Shown here piece by piece: positions 36,891 through 43,743 of a stretch of 64,000 bases of DNA (within the stretch, counting starts at the first letter, position 1; every line of letters begins with the position of its first letter). Under the pieces are notes generated by a model. That model searched no databases. It was given only the letters and a program-made list of their open reading frames with translations, and was not told where the DNA came from. This DNA is from Actinomycetota bacterium (GTDB taxonomy: Bacteria; Actinomycetota; Acidimicrobiia; Acidimicrobiales; VFJN01). Position numbers and translations under genes: made by a program. The stretch is taken from contig JBKPHE010000111.1 of NCBI GenBank assembly GCA_046744485.1, forward strand, positions 2,590 to 66,589. The letters run 5' to 3'.

Positions 36891-37781
36891 GTGCCGGACA
36901 AGCGCCAGACCTCCAAGCAGCGCCGGGCCGCCCGGAACCGGGCATCCCGTGACGCGCTCGCTGCCCGTCGGACCAACGCCGTGACCAGCGGTACCTCCCC
37001 GGGCTCGTCACGCGCCTCGAGCGCCGCTTCCACGAGCGCAGGGTCCGGGCCAGGCGCGAGCGCGTCCGCCGGCAGGCCCGGCGTCGGCGGCCTGTTGGGG
37101 GCCAGGGGCAACCGCCGCCCTGGTGATCTGGCCGTGATCCTTGCGCTCGCCCTCGCCATCGTGTCGGCGGTTTCGGTGCTCTTCTTCACCCGGGTCCCAG
37201 TGGACGACCGGGGTGAGCCGCTGCCACGGGCCTTCCAGGGGGTGGCGGTGTCCGCCCGTGAGGCGATCACCGGCGAGCAGATGCCCGACAAGAACGAGTC
37301 GTTGCTCGAGGCCAGCGGACCGGGTGTGATCCTGTACCTCGCGTTGCCGGTTGCGGTGGCGGCATTCGCGTTCTGGGCCAATCGCCGCCCCGACCGCAGC
37401 CGCCTCCTCACCTTCGCGCTGGTGGCGATGGCCGGGCTCGTGCTGTTCCTCGGCGGTTACTTCTTCTTCCCGACGCTCGTCGCGTTGGCGGTCGCGAGCT
37501 TCCAGATCCGCAAGGCCGACATGCCCGCCCGGGTGGCCGAGAGGGTGGCGCCGACTCGTGGGCGGCGCGGCGTCATCGACGCCGAGTCCGAGGAGCTCGA
37601 GGACGAGATGATCGGCGATGACACCGACCGCGCGACCGCCGACACCGAGGCGGACGACGAGGCTACGGACCGCGAAGGTGGCGATCCGCTGGCCGAGCTG
37701 GAGGCCGAGCTCGAGGCCGAGGAGCGCGCCCGGCGGGCCGGGGGCAATGGTCCGTCCCGCGGGTCGACACCGGAGGAGTGA
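36891..37781 (+). CDS. hypothetical membrane protein with basic N-terminus and acidic C-terminal tail
   Basis: GTG at 36891 within the 350-aa ORF. KRQTSKQRRAARNRA, then a Ser/Ala/Gly-rich region, three TM helices and a D/E-rich tail. Its stop overlaps the acyP start (GTGA). Confidence 0.5.
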   Translation: MPDKRQTSKQRRAARNRASRDALAARRTNAVTSGTSPGSSRASSAASTSAGSGPGASASAGRPGVGGLLGARGNRRPGDLAVILALALAIVSAVSVLFFTRVPVDDRGEPLPRAFQGVAVSAREAITGEQMPDKNESLLEASGPGVILYLALPVAVAAFAFWANRRPDRSRLLTFALVAMAGLVLFLGGYFFFPTLVALAVASFQIRKADMPARVAERVAPTRGRRGVIDAESEELEDEMIGDDTDRATADTEADDEATDREGGDPLAELEAELEAEERARRAGGNGPSRGSTPEE

Positions 37782-38089
37782 GCTCCCCGGACTCGGGTTT
37801 CGGCGACGTCGTCCGCGTGCGGGCCGTGGTCGCAGGCCGGGTCCAGGGCGTGTGGTTCCGCGAGAGCTGCCGGCATGAGGCGGAGCGCCTGGGCGTCACC
37901 GGTTGGGTGCACAACCTGCGAGACGGCCGCGTCGAGATCGAGGCTCAGGGCAGCCGGGCGGCGGTAGACGCGCTGGTGGCGTGGGCCCACGAGGGTCCCC
38001 GCCTGGCGATCGTCGAGTCCGTCACCGTCAACGCGTTGCCGGTCGTGACACCCGATTCGCCGGCGATGCGGCGCTTCGCCGTCCGCTGA
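37778..38089 (+). CDS. acyP: acylphosphatase
   Basis: 103-aa ORF. VAGRVQGVWFRESCRHEAERLGVTGWVHNLRDGRVEIEAQG is the canonical acylphosphatase signature. Confidence 0.8.
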   Translation: MSSPDSGFGDVVRVRAVVAGRVQGVWFRESCRHEAERLGVTGWVHNLRDGRVEIEAQGSRAAVDALVAWAHEGPRLAIVESVTVNALPVVTPDSPAMRRFAVR

Positions 38090-38127
38090 CGGGGCGGGTT
38101 GACGGGTGGCCCCCGGGATGCCCGCCG

Positions 38128-38796
38128 CTACGGTGCCGCCGCCGTCCCGCCGAGCGCGGCCGACGCCAGCACCGTGGCCGACTCCAGCTGCTCGGCCGCC
38201 TGCGCGCCGTCCGCACCGGCGGCGAGCCCGCTCGGTTCGGCGAGGGCGTAGATGCGGAAGTCGTAGTTGTGGGTACCCGAGGGCGGGCAGGGGCCCGACC
38301 ATCCCTGGCGCCCGAAGTCGTTGAGCTCCTCGATCGCCTGGGCGGGCGGGTCGCCGCGGGCCAAAGCGTCGACGTCGGGTGGCAATCCGGCGATGACCCA
38401 GTGGACGAACCCGTCGGCGTCGGGATCGCGGACCACCAGCGCGAGCTCCGCGGTGCCCGCCGGGACCCCGGTCCACGCCAGGGGAGGTGACACGTCGTCG
38501 CCCACGCACGTGTACTCGGGAGGGATCGGCTCCCCGTCGCCGAAGGCGGTACTGGTCAACCGCAGCGTCGTGGCGGTCGTGGGTGACGCCGCACCACCGG
38601 ACGTGCCGTCCTCGCCACCGGTCCCGCCGCCGGTGCCGGCGGCGACATCGGTCGTGGAGGGGGCGGCCGCGGTCGTGGAGGTCGTGCTCGCGGACGTGGT
38701 GGTCTGATCCGAGCCGGGTGCCCGGAGTTCCCGCCCGTCGTCGCCACACCCAGCGAGCACGAGGGCTACGGCGCCGATCGCCAATACCCATCGCAT
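38128..38796 (-). CDS. YbhB/YbcL (PEBP/Raf-kinase-inhibitor-like) family lipoprotein
   Basis: 222-aa ORF. Lipobox LVLAGC and a Thr/Gly-rich linker. PEBP motifs DPDADGFVHWV and GPCPPSGTHNYDFRIYAL. Confidence 0.8.
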   Translation of the reverse strand: MRWVLAIGAVALVLAGCGDDGRELRAPGSDQTTTSASTTSTTAAAPSTTDVAAGTGGGTGGEDGTSGGAASPTTATTLRLTSTAFGDGEPIPPEYTCVGDDVSPPLAWTGVPAGTAELALVVRDPDADGFVHWVIAGLPPDVDALARGDPPAQAIEELNDFGRQGWSGPCPPSGTHNYDFRIYALAEPSGLAAGADGAQAAEQLESATVLASAALGGTAAAP

Positions 38797-38803
38797 CGGT
38801 CGA

Positions 38804-38822
38804 GTGTTGCAGACCGATGTCG
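38804..38822. repeat. left copy of an imperfect direct repeat flanking the 38.8-42.4 kb island
   Basis: GTGTTGCAGAC-CGA-TGTCG. The 11-mer GTGTTGCAGAC and the TGTCG recur at 42417-42432. Confidence 0.45.
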
Positions 38823-39330
38823 TGGCTGTGGACAGTCAGGTCAATGTGCAGGCGGTGGTCGCCTCGATCGTGATGAGCAGGCAGGCGCTCGAGCGGGGCA
38901 GCGTCGACGCGTTCGTTAACAGTGAGCTCCGCAAGGCCGTCGACGCCGAACAGGAGCGCCTGTTCGTGCAGGGGCTGTTGGGGTCGCCGGTGTCGTTTGT
39001 GGCGACGAACACGGTCAGTCAGACGCAGGTGGGTTGTTGCGTGTTGCAGGCGGCCCGGGTCGCCTCCGATATCCGGGGGACGCCGACGAGGATCATCGCG
39101 TGGCATCCGCGCCGGTTGTTGTGGATGGGGTCGCAGCGCAGCGATGTGTCCCTGTTGGATTACGTGTTCCACAACTTGGCGGATGATGGCCACGTCGTGA
39201 ATGTCCAGAGCGGCGCGTTGCTCAGCAGCACCATCGGCTCCCAGGACAAGGTCATCGCGATGAACGGCTCCGATGTCCGTTACGCCGAGGAGCCGGCCAT
39301 CCGCGCCTACACCGACCAGTCGAGTCCCGC
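38804..39330 (+). pseudogene. phage major capsid protein (HK97-fold family), 3' fragment only
   Basis: The first ~175 aa of the 324-aa tracked ORF read IVMSRQALERGS.VDAFVNSELRKAVDAEQERLFVQG, RIIAWHPRRLLWMG and GSQDKVIAMNGSDVRYAEEPAIRAYTDQ. This matches the C-terminal half of actinophage capsid proteins as I recall them. There is no N-terminal half, and the ORF then reads through into nonsense. Confidence 0.5.
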
Positions 39331-39369
39331 TGGACGCGGAACCGCCCCCCGACCCGTAAGCCGAGGGAG

Positions 39370-39480
39370 CTACCGGGACGCCCACACCTCGTCAGTCGCC
39401 ACCTGCGCCTCCTGGCGCGTTGATATGCGACCGGGGGCGTGGAGGGCCGGCCGATCTTGGTCGGGCAGCCCTCCATTCAT
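39370..39480 (-). pseudogene. truncated paralogue (36 aa) of the 82-aa gene at 40108-40356
   Basis: Hand translation gives MNGGLPDQDRPALHAPGRISTRQEAQVATDEVWASR, matching the C-terminus ...EDPPGLSPITTVGRYATVEDAQFATDEVWASR. The DNA at 39373-39413 matches 40111-40151 with a 21-nt perfect core. Confidence 0.4.
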
Positions 39481-39526
39481 GGCCTTATCGTTGCGTGGCC
39501 GACGACCGCGACAGTTGTGCCGCGTG

Positions 39527-39955
39527 CTAGCCGGCGTTCGCGGCTACCCCGAGCCGCTCGGCTGCAGCCTGACCTTCTGCTATCGAACTGAACTCGATTA
39601 CGCAGTTGATCCGGACGGTGCCCGATATTGCCGTCCCGGTGTTCCGCATGATCCGCAGTCGGGTGTCAGACAAGCCCAACTGGGTCACCACCTGCCCGAC
39701 GATATTGCCGCCGGTGCGAGGAACCGCCCCCGTGCACGCGATACCCAAGACGCCGTCAACTTGGCCGAGGTCCGCTAGGACGAAGTGGCCGTCGGTGGGA
39801 GTGGCCAAAATATTGCTGAACACGAATGTGGATGAGCCCGCGGGTTGCGCGGCATCGACGCCCGGTGACGACCTCAGTGCAACGATGCCTGCGGCCGCGA
39901 TGACCAGGGCGAGCGCCAGCGCGAGGCGCCGCCACGACAAGATGGATGACATCAT
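39527..39955 (-). CDS. hypothetical secreted protein
   Basis: 142-aa ORF. The signal peptide (LALALALVIAAAGIVAL...VDA) precedes a probable mature protein, and GGAGGAGG lies just upstream of the tandem ATGs. No family recognised. Confidence 0.55.
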   Translation of the reverse strand: MMSSILSWRRLALALALVIAAAGIVALRSSPGVDAAQPAGSSTFVFSNILATPTDGHFVLADLGQVDGVLGIACTGAVPRTGGNIVGQVVTQLGLSDTRLRIMRNTGTAISGTVRINCVIEFSSIAEGQAAAERLGVAANAG

Positions 39956-40107
39956 GCCTCCTCCGGGGAGGAGTCAGTCGGCGGCTCCCCAGGCAGGAGC
40001 CAGTTGTCCCGCCTGCGCCTCCCAAGAGGATGGTGGGCGCATAGGAAGCGGCGGTCAACCTTGAACGAGAAGGAACCCCCTCGGACGCAGCACCGCCACC
40101 TGAGTGG

Positions 40108-40356
40108 TCACCGGGACGCCCACACCTCGTCGGTCGCAAACTGCGCATCCTCGACGGTGGCGTAGCGGCCGACAGTCGTGATCGGTGAGAGGCCGGGTGG
40201 GTCCTCGAGCCGCACGTAGGCGACCCAGCGGCCCGTCGACGATTCGAGCATTGCCCTGCGGTTCTGGAATGCCCATACACCCAACTGGTACGCCCAGTTG
40301 AAGCGGTACGACAGGACGAACGGTCCGATCGACATCAAGGTCCGGGGGCTGATCAT
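40108..40356 (-). CDS. hypothetical protein (82 aa), full-length copy of the duplicated small gene
   Basis: ORF track entry. Its start overlaps the upstream ORF stop (ATGA at 40353-40356). No family recognised. Confidence 0.5.
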   Translation of the reverse strand: MISPRTLMSIGPFVLSYRFNWAYQLGVWAFQNRRAMLESSTGRWVAYVRLEDPPGLSPITTVGRYATVEDAQFATDEVWASR

Positions 40357-40790
40357 CTGAGGCGGCTGATGCCGAAGCCCTGGATCCGCCAGCCGTCACC
40401 GGTCTCAGTGACCCAGCAGTTCCATTCGCCAGCGGCCACGTCGTAGGCGAGTGCTTCGAAGGGTTCACCGCCGGCAGTCATGCTTCCGGGTTGGGTCGGT
40501 AGCTTCGAGCGGTCGGCGATGCTGACTCGTCGACCGGCCGGCCATTGCAGGGGCCGGTCCAGATCGGCGGTCATGGTCATGGTGATCGCCCACTTATCAG
40601 CATCGGAGTAGCCAGAGAACCGGGAGCGGGCGTACTCCCACCATTCGGGCCAGCCCATCTGGGTTTCGATCTCGTCGATGAGGTCAGGGTGGAGCACTGA
40701 ACGTGCCCAGTCTGGGTCGTTGTCGTCGCAGGCCTCCATCAAGCCGATGACAGGAACGATCGGCAAGACGGTGGGGTCGATGTCGGTCAC
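40353..40790 (-). CDS. hypothetical protein
   Basis: Part of the 170-aa tracked ORF. GTG 40790 is preferred (purine-rich GAAAGGTAGAGGGG upstream); ATG 40739 and GTG 40865 are alternatives. Trp/Asp-rich, with no family recognised. Confidence 0.45.
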   Translation of the reverse strand: MTDIDPTVLPIVPVIGLMEACDDNDPDWARSVLHPDLIDEIETQMGWPEWWEYARSRFSGYSDADKWAITMTMTADLDRPLQWPAGRRVSIADRSKLPTQPGSMTAGGEPFEALAYDVAAGEWNCWVTETGDGWRIQGFGISRLR

Positions 40791-40890
40791 GGCCCCTCTA
40801 CCTTTCCACCTCTCGTCCGAATCGTCGGCACCCTCACCCCTAACCGACCTCTCGCAGGCGCTCACTGGGCCGCACAGAGGCCGCCGTCGC

Positions 40891-41118
40891 CTAGATCACG
40901 CGCGGGGGTTCACGGTCGTCGCCGACGATCCAGCCGTGGTCGACGAGGGCCCCGTATTCGGGGTGCCGGTCCCGCTCGTTCAACTCCGCGGCTACCGCTT
41001 CGGCTTCTGCCCGGTCGTCCCACGTGGCGGCACGGTCCCAGGTCGACATGACACCCTGGCGGTCGTGTGGGTGGTGGTAGGCCTCGAAGCGGCGGTGGTA
41101 CACCCGGTAGACGGTCAC
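40891..41118 (-). CDS. hypothetical protein (75 aa)
   Basis: ORF track entry with a GTG start. His/Arg/Asp-rich sequence, no family recognised and a weak Shine-Dalgarno. Confidence 0.4.
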   Translation of the reverse strand: MTVYRVYHRRFEAYHHPHDRQGVMSTWDRAATWDDRAEAEAVAAELNERDRHPEYGALVDHGWIVGDDREPPRVI

Positions 41119-41383
41119 GCCGCTGGTCTACCCCGGACGCGACGCCGCCCCCCACCCGAAGGCGAGGGGCCGCGCCGGCGTCCGGCTCCCAGTCGGAAAG
41201 GCGATGCCTAAGGGAGCTGTCCGTTCGTCGGTGCCTACCCGCACCAGCGGCGGGGCAGACGCCCACCGGCCCCAGACGGGGGGACTCGCCTGGGGCTTCA
41301 GCCAACATCAAGCTGGGGGTCTTACTCTGCGCGAGTCGGCGCCATCCCCTGTGGCACCGACGGCGGACAAGGAGGCGGAACCT

Positions 41384-41548
41384 ATGAAGCGTGCAATTGT
41401 GGCCGTCGTCATCGCGGCCGGAATCACGATTGGGTCCGTGGGGCCCGCGTTTGCTGACGCACCCCCACCCACCAACGGTGGCAATGGCGCTGGCCATAGC
41501 GGTCAGTGCACCGGCAACCCCGATGACCGTCCGGCGTCCTGTCACTGA
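41384..41548 (+). CDS. small secreted peptide precursor (54 aa; predicted 30-aa mature peptide with two Cys)
   Basis: Internal ATG at 41384 of the 114-aa ORF, with AAGGAGG 8 nt upstream. Signal peptide MKRAIVAVVIAAGITIGSVGPAFA, then DAPPPTNGGNGAGHSGQCTGNPDDRPASCH. A strong hairpin follows. Confidence 0.5.
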   Translation: MKRAIVAVVIAAGITIGSVGPAFADAPPPTNGGNGAGHSGQCTGNPDDRPASCH

Positions 41549-41564
41549 GTAACGCGACAGATTT

Positions 41565-41619
41565 GAGGTGCGGCCTGAGATGGGTCCCCACTACCTTGGG
41601 CCGCACCTCGGCCTGTTTT
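41565..41619. terminator. stem-loop with T-run between the convergent peptide and HTH genes
   Basis: GAGGTGCGGCC (41565-75) pairs perfectly with GGCCGCACCTC (41599-609) across a 23-nt loop. It is followed by GGCCTGTTTT. Confidence 0.5.
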
Positions 41620-41681
41620 CACAGCCCACGGCGCTTCATGAACCGCGACAGGTCCCGGTGGCCCCGACGACGAACCATGCG

Positions 41682-41945
41682 TCACCGGTAGAACTGCTCT
41701 TGGCCGGGTGCGTGGCGGTCGGTCGGGTGTCGGCCGTTGAACTCCTGACGCGGTCCGCTCAGCAGCCGCTCGATCGTCACGACATCTAGCCCGGTCACGG
41801 CCGCGAGGTGTTGGTAGGTGCAGCCGGCGGCGAGAGCCCGGCTCATCTCGTGGCGGGCGCTCTCGCGCCAGTGGGTCGCCTTGAGCGTGGCGTCCCAGAC
41901 TTTGGTCAGCTGGTCGAGTTGATGCTGCGGCAAGTCTTCGAACAT
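41682..41945 (-). CDS. small helix-turn-helix protein
   Basis: ATG at 41945 within the 146-aa ORF. The 87-aa product has an HTH-like segment TYQHLAAVTGLDVVTIERLL. Confidence 0.5.
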   Translation of the reverse strand: MFEDLPQHQLDQLTKVWDATLKATHWRESARHEMSRALAAGCTYQHLAAVTGLDVVTIERLLSGPRQEFNGRHPTDRHAPGQEQFYR

Positions 41946-42042
41946 CTGTTCGGAGGATAGCGGGTCGGGCAGACGCGGCGCCGCCCCCGGTCCCAGCCGG
42001 AGTCGGGGCCGAGGGCGACAGGTATACGAACCGTTATATCGG

Positions 42043-42273
42043 TCAGGTGTCCGAATTGAGGCCGGCGTCCTCGTCGAGCGGGCGGGCATGGGCCCGATCG
42101 TGAACCTCCATGAGACCCACACGGGTCACGGCGATAGCGGAGCGGCACGGCCGGGCCTGCTCCGGCTCCAACTGGTCGGTGATCTCCCCGATCTTGTCGA
42201 GGGCTCGGGTCACCGCGGCGAGCAGTTCGTCGATGTCGGCGAGCAGCAGGGCACGCACTGTAGGTTCGTTCAC
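42043..42273 (-). CDS. hypothetical protein (76 aa)
   Basis: GTG at 42273, with GGAGGT 8 nt upstream, within the 244-aa tracked ORF. Predicted helical and acidic. No family recognised. Confidence 0.45.
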   Translation of the reverse strand: MNEPTVRALLLADIDELLAAVTRALDKIGEITDQLEPEQARPCRSAIAVTRVGLMEVHDRAHARPLDEDAGLNSDT

Positions 42274-42416
42274 GATCAGGTACCTCCGGTGCCTGGTCCG
42301 GCCCCGGGGTGTCGCTGCACCGCCGGGGGACTGATGTTGTTCGGGGGAAGTTCTGCGAGTCCTGGGGCCGCGTATCCGCTGGTCAACCACTGGAAGAACA
42401 ACGGTCACGCTCCGGG

Positions 42417-42432
42417 GTGTTGCAGACTGTCG
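42417..42432. repeat. right copy of the imperfect direct repeat flanking the island
   Basis: GTGTTGCAGAC-TGTCG, matching 38804-38822 apart from a 3-nt insert in the left copy. Confidence 0.45.
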
Positions 42433-42480
42433 GCGCTCCGATGGGTAGCCCCTCGACCGCCTCGTGAAACCACAGCACCG

Positions 42481-43713
42481 ATGCGATGGCTCTTGCCCCC
42501 TGTGGCGCGGTTGCGCGCACTCCTGGGGCCGGACGCGGCCGGCGTCCGGCAGAGCCTCGTCGCGCTCGGGCTGAACTCGAGCACGAGCCTGGTGGCCGGG
42601 GCGTTCCTCGGGTCGATCACTGGAACCTTCGAGCGCTACCCGGGCCTCTTGGTCCTGGTCCCGGCCGCGATCGGGCTGCGCGGCAACATCTTCGGCTCCT
42701 TCGGCAACCGGCTGTCGACATCCATCCATGCGGGCACGTTCCGCTGGACGCTGCGACGCGAGACCGTCTTGGGTCAAAACGTCTTGGCATCGATGCTGCT
42801 CACGATGGGGATCTCGCTGGCGCTGGCCGTGGTGGCGAAGGCCATCGCCGTCGGCCTCGGCCTCGCCGACTCCATCGACCTGTTGTCAATGTCGACGGTG
42901 TCCATCGTCGGCGGGGTGCTGGGATCGTTGGTGGTACTCGCCGCGGCGCTCGGTCTGACCGGCGGGGCGGTCCGCTACGGCTGGGACCTCGACAACGTCA
43001 CGGCCCCGCTGGTCTCAACCCTGGGCGACGTGCTGACCCTGCCGGCGCTGTACCTGGGCACGCTGCTGCTGGGGATCCCAGTGGTCACCCCCACGGTGGG
43101 TGCTGTCCTGGTGCTCGCTTCGCTCGTCTTGCTCGCCGTCGGTTGGGAGTCCTCGAGCGAGGGCTTGCGGCGCATCGTCCGGGAATCGGTACCAGTGCTG
43201 GTGCTCGCCGGGTGCATCAGCGCGCTGGCCGGCGTCACACTCGAGAAGTCCTTCGCCCGCTTCGACGCCCTGCCGGCGCTGCTGGTGCTGGTTCCCGCAC
43301 ACCTGTCGAGCTCGGGGGCGCTCGGCGGCATCCTGTCGGGCCGGCTGTCGTCGAAGCTGTTCCTGGGCTTGGTCGAGCCCCAGACCACGCCCAACTGGGA
43401 GGCACGGCGCGACATCTCCCTGGTCTTCCTGCTGGCTGCACCAGTGTTCGTCTTCAACGGAGTCGGAGCCCACTGGGTCGCCCGGGCCCTCGGCGAGGCC
43501 AGCCCCGGGCTGGGCCAGATGGTCGCCGTCTCCCTCATCAGTGGGGGACTGGCCATCCTGTTCGTCGTGACCGTGGCCTACTACGGCACCGTGGCCGCGT
43601 ATCGCACCGGGGTCGATCCCGACACCTACGGCATCCCGGTGGTCAGCTCGTCGGTCGACTTCGTGGGCGCCTTCACCCTCATCATCGCCATCGCGCTGCT
43701 GGGCCTCGCCTGA
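42481..43713 (+). CDS. MgtE-like divalent-cation transporter (two tandem MgtE membrane domains, no cytosolic N-domain/CBS)
   Basis: ATG at 42481 within the 541-aa ORF. The two halves share the pattern PGLLVLVPAAIGLRGNIFGSFGNRLST and PALLVLVPAHLSSSGALGGILSGRLSS, each followed by DLDNVTAPLVSTLGD-type or DPDTYGIPVVSSSVD-type motifs. Confidence 0.8.
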   Translation: MRWLLPPVARLRALLGPDAAGVRQSLVALGLNSSTSLVAGAFLGSITGTFERYPGLLVLVPAAIGLRGNIFGSFGNRLSTSIHAGTFRWTLRRETVLGQNVLASMLLTMGISLALAVVAKAIAVGLGLADSIDLLSMSTVSIVGGVLGSLVVLAAALGLTGGAVRYGWDLDNVTAPLVSTLGDVLTLPALYLGTLLLGIPVVTPTVGAVLVLASLVLLAVGWESSSEGLRRIVRESVPVLVLAGCISALAGVTLEKSFARFDALPALLVLVPAHLSSSGALGGILSGRLSSKLFLGLVEPQTTPNWEARRDISLVFLLAAPVFVFNGVGAHWVARALGEASPGLGQMVAVSLISGGLAILFVVTVAYYGTVAAYRTGVDPDTYGIPVVSSSVDFVGAFTLIIAIALLGLA

Positions 43714-43743
43714 TCCGCCTATCGTCTGAGGTCGATACTCGCA

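Noticed and set aside
39956-39975. Palindrome CCTCCTCCGGGGAGGAG overlapping the Shine-Dalgarno of the 142-aa secreted-protein gene, considered as an SD-sequestering hairpin.
   Set aside because: The stem is only about 5 bp with a minimal loop. That is insufficient to argue for regulation without folding energies or conservation.
42290-42480. Possible Mg2+ (M-box/ykoK) riboswitch in the ~200-nt leader of the MgtE-like transporter. Loose resemblances are GTTCGGGGGAAGTTCTG, GCTGGTCAAC and TGCAGACTG.
   Set aside because: The hallmark M-box strings (GGUGAGGCU, CUGCCC-AAA, CAGUGCUAAAGCUC) are not present, and one whole conserved section has no counterpart. A cmscan with RF00380 would settle it; I do not call it. 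Note that the right-hand island repeat lies inside this leader.
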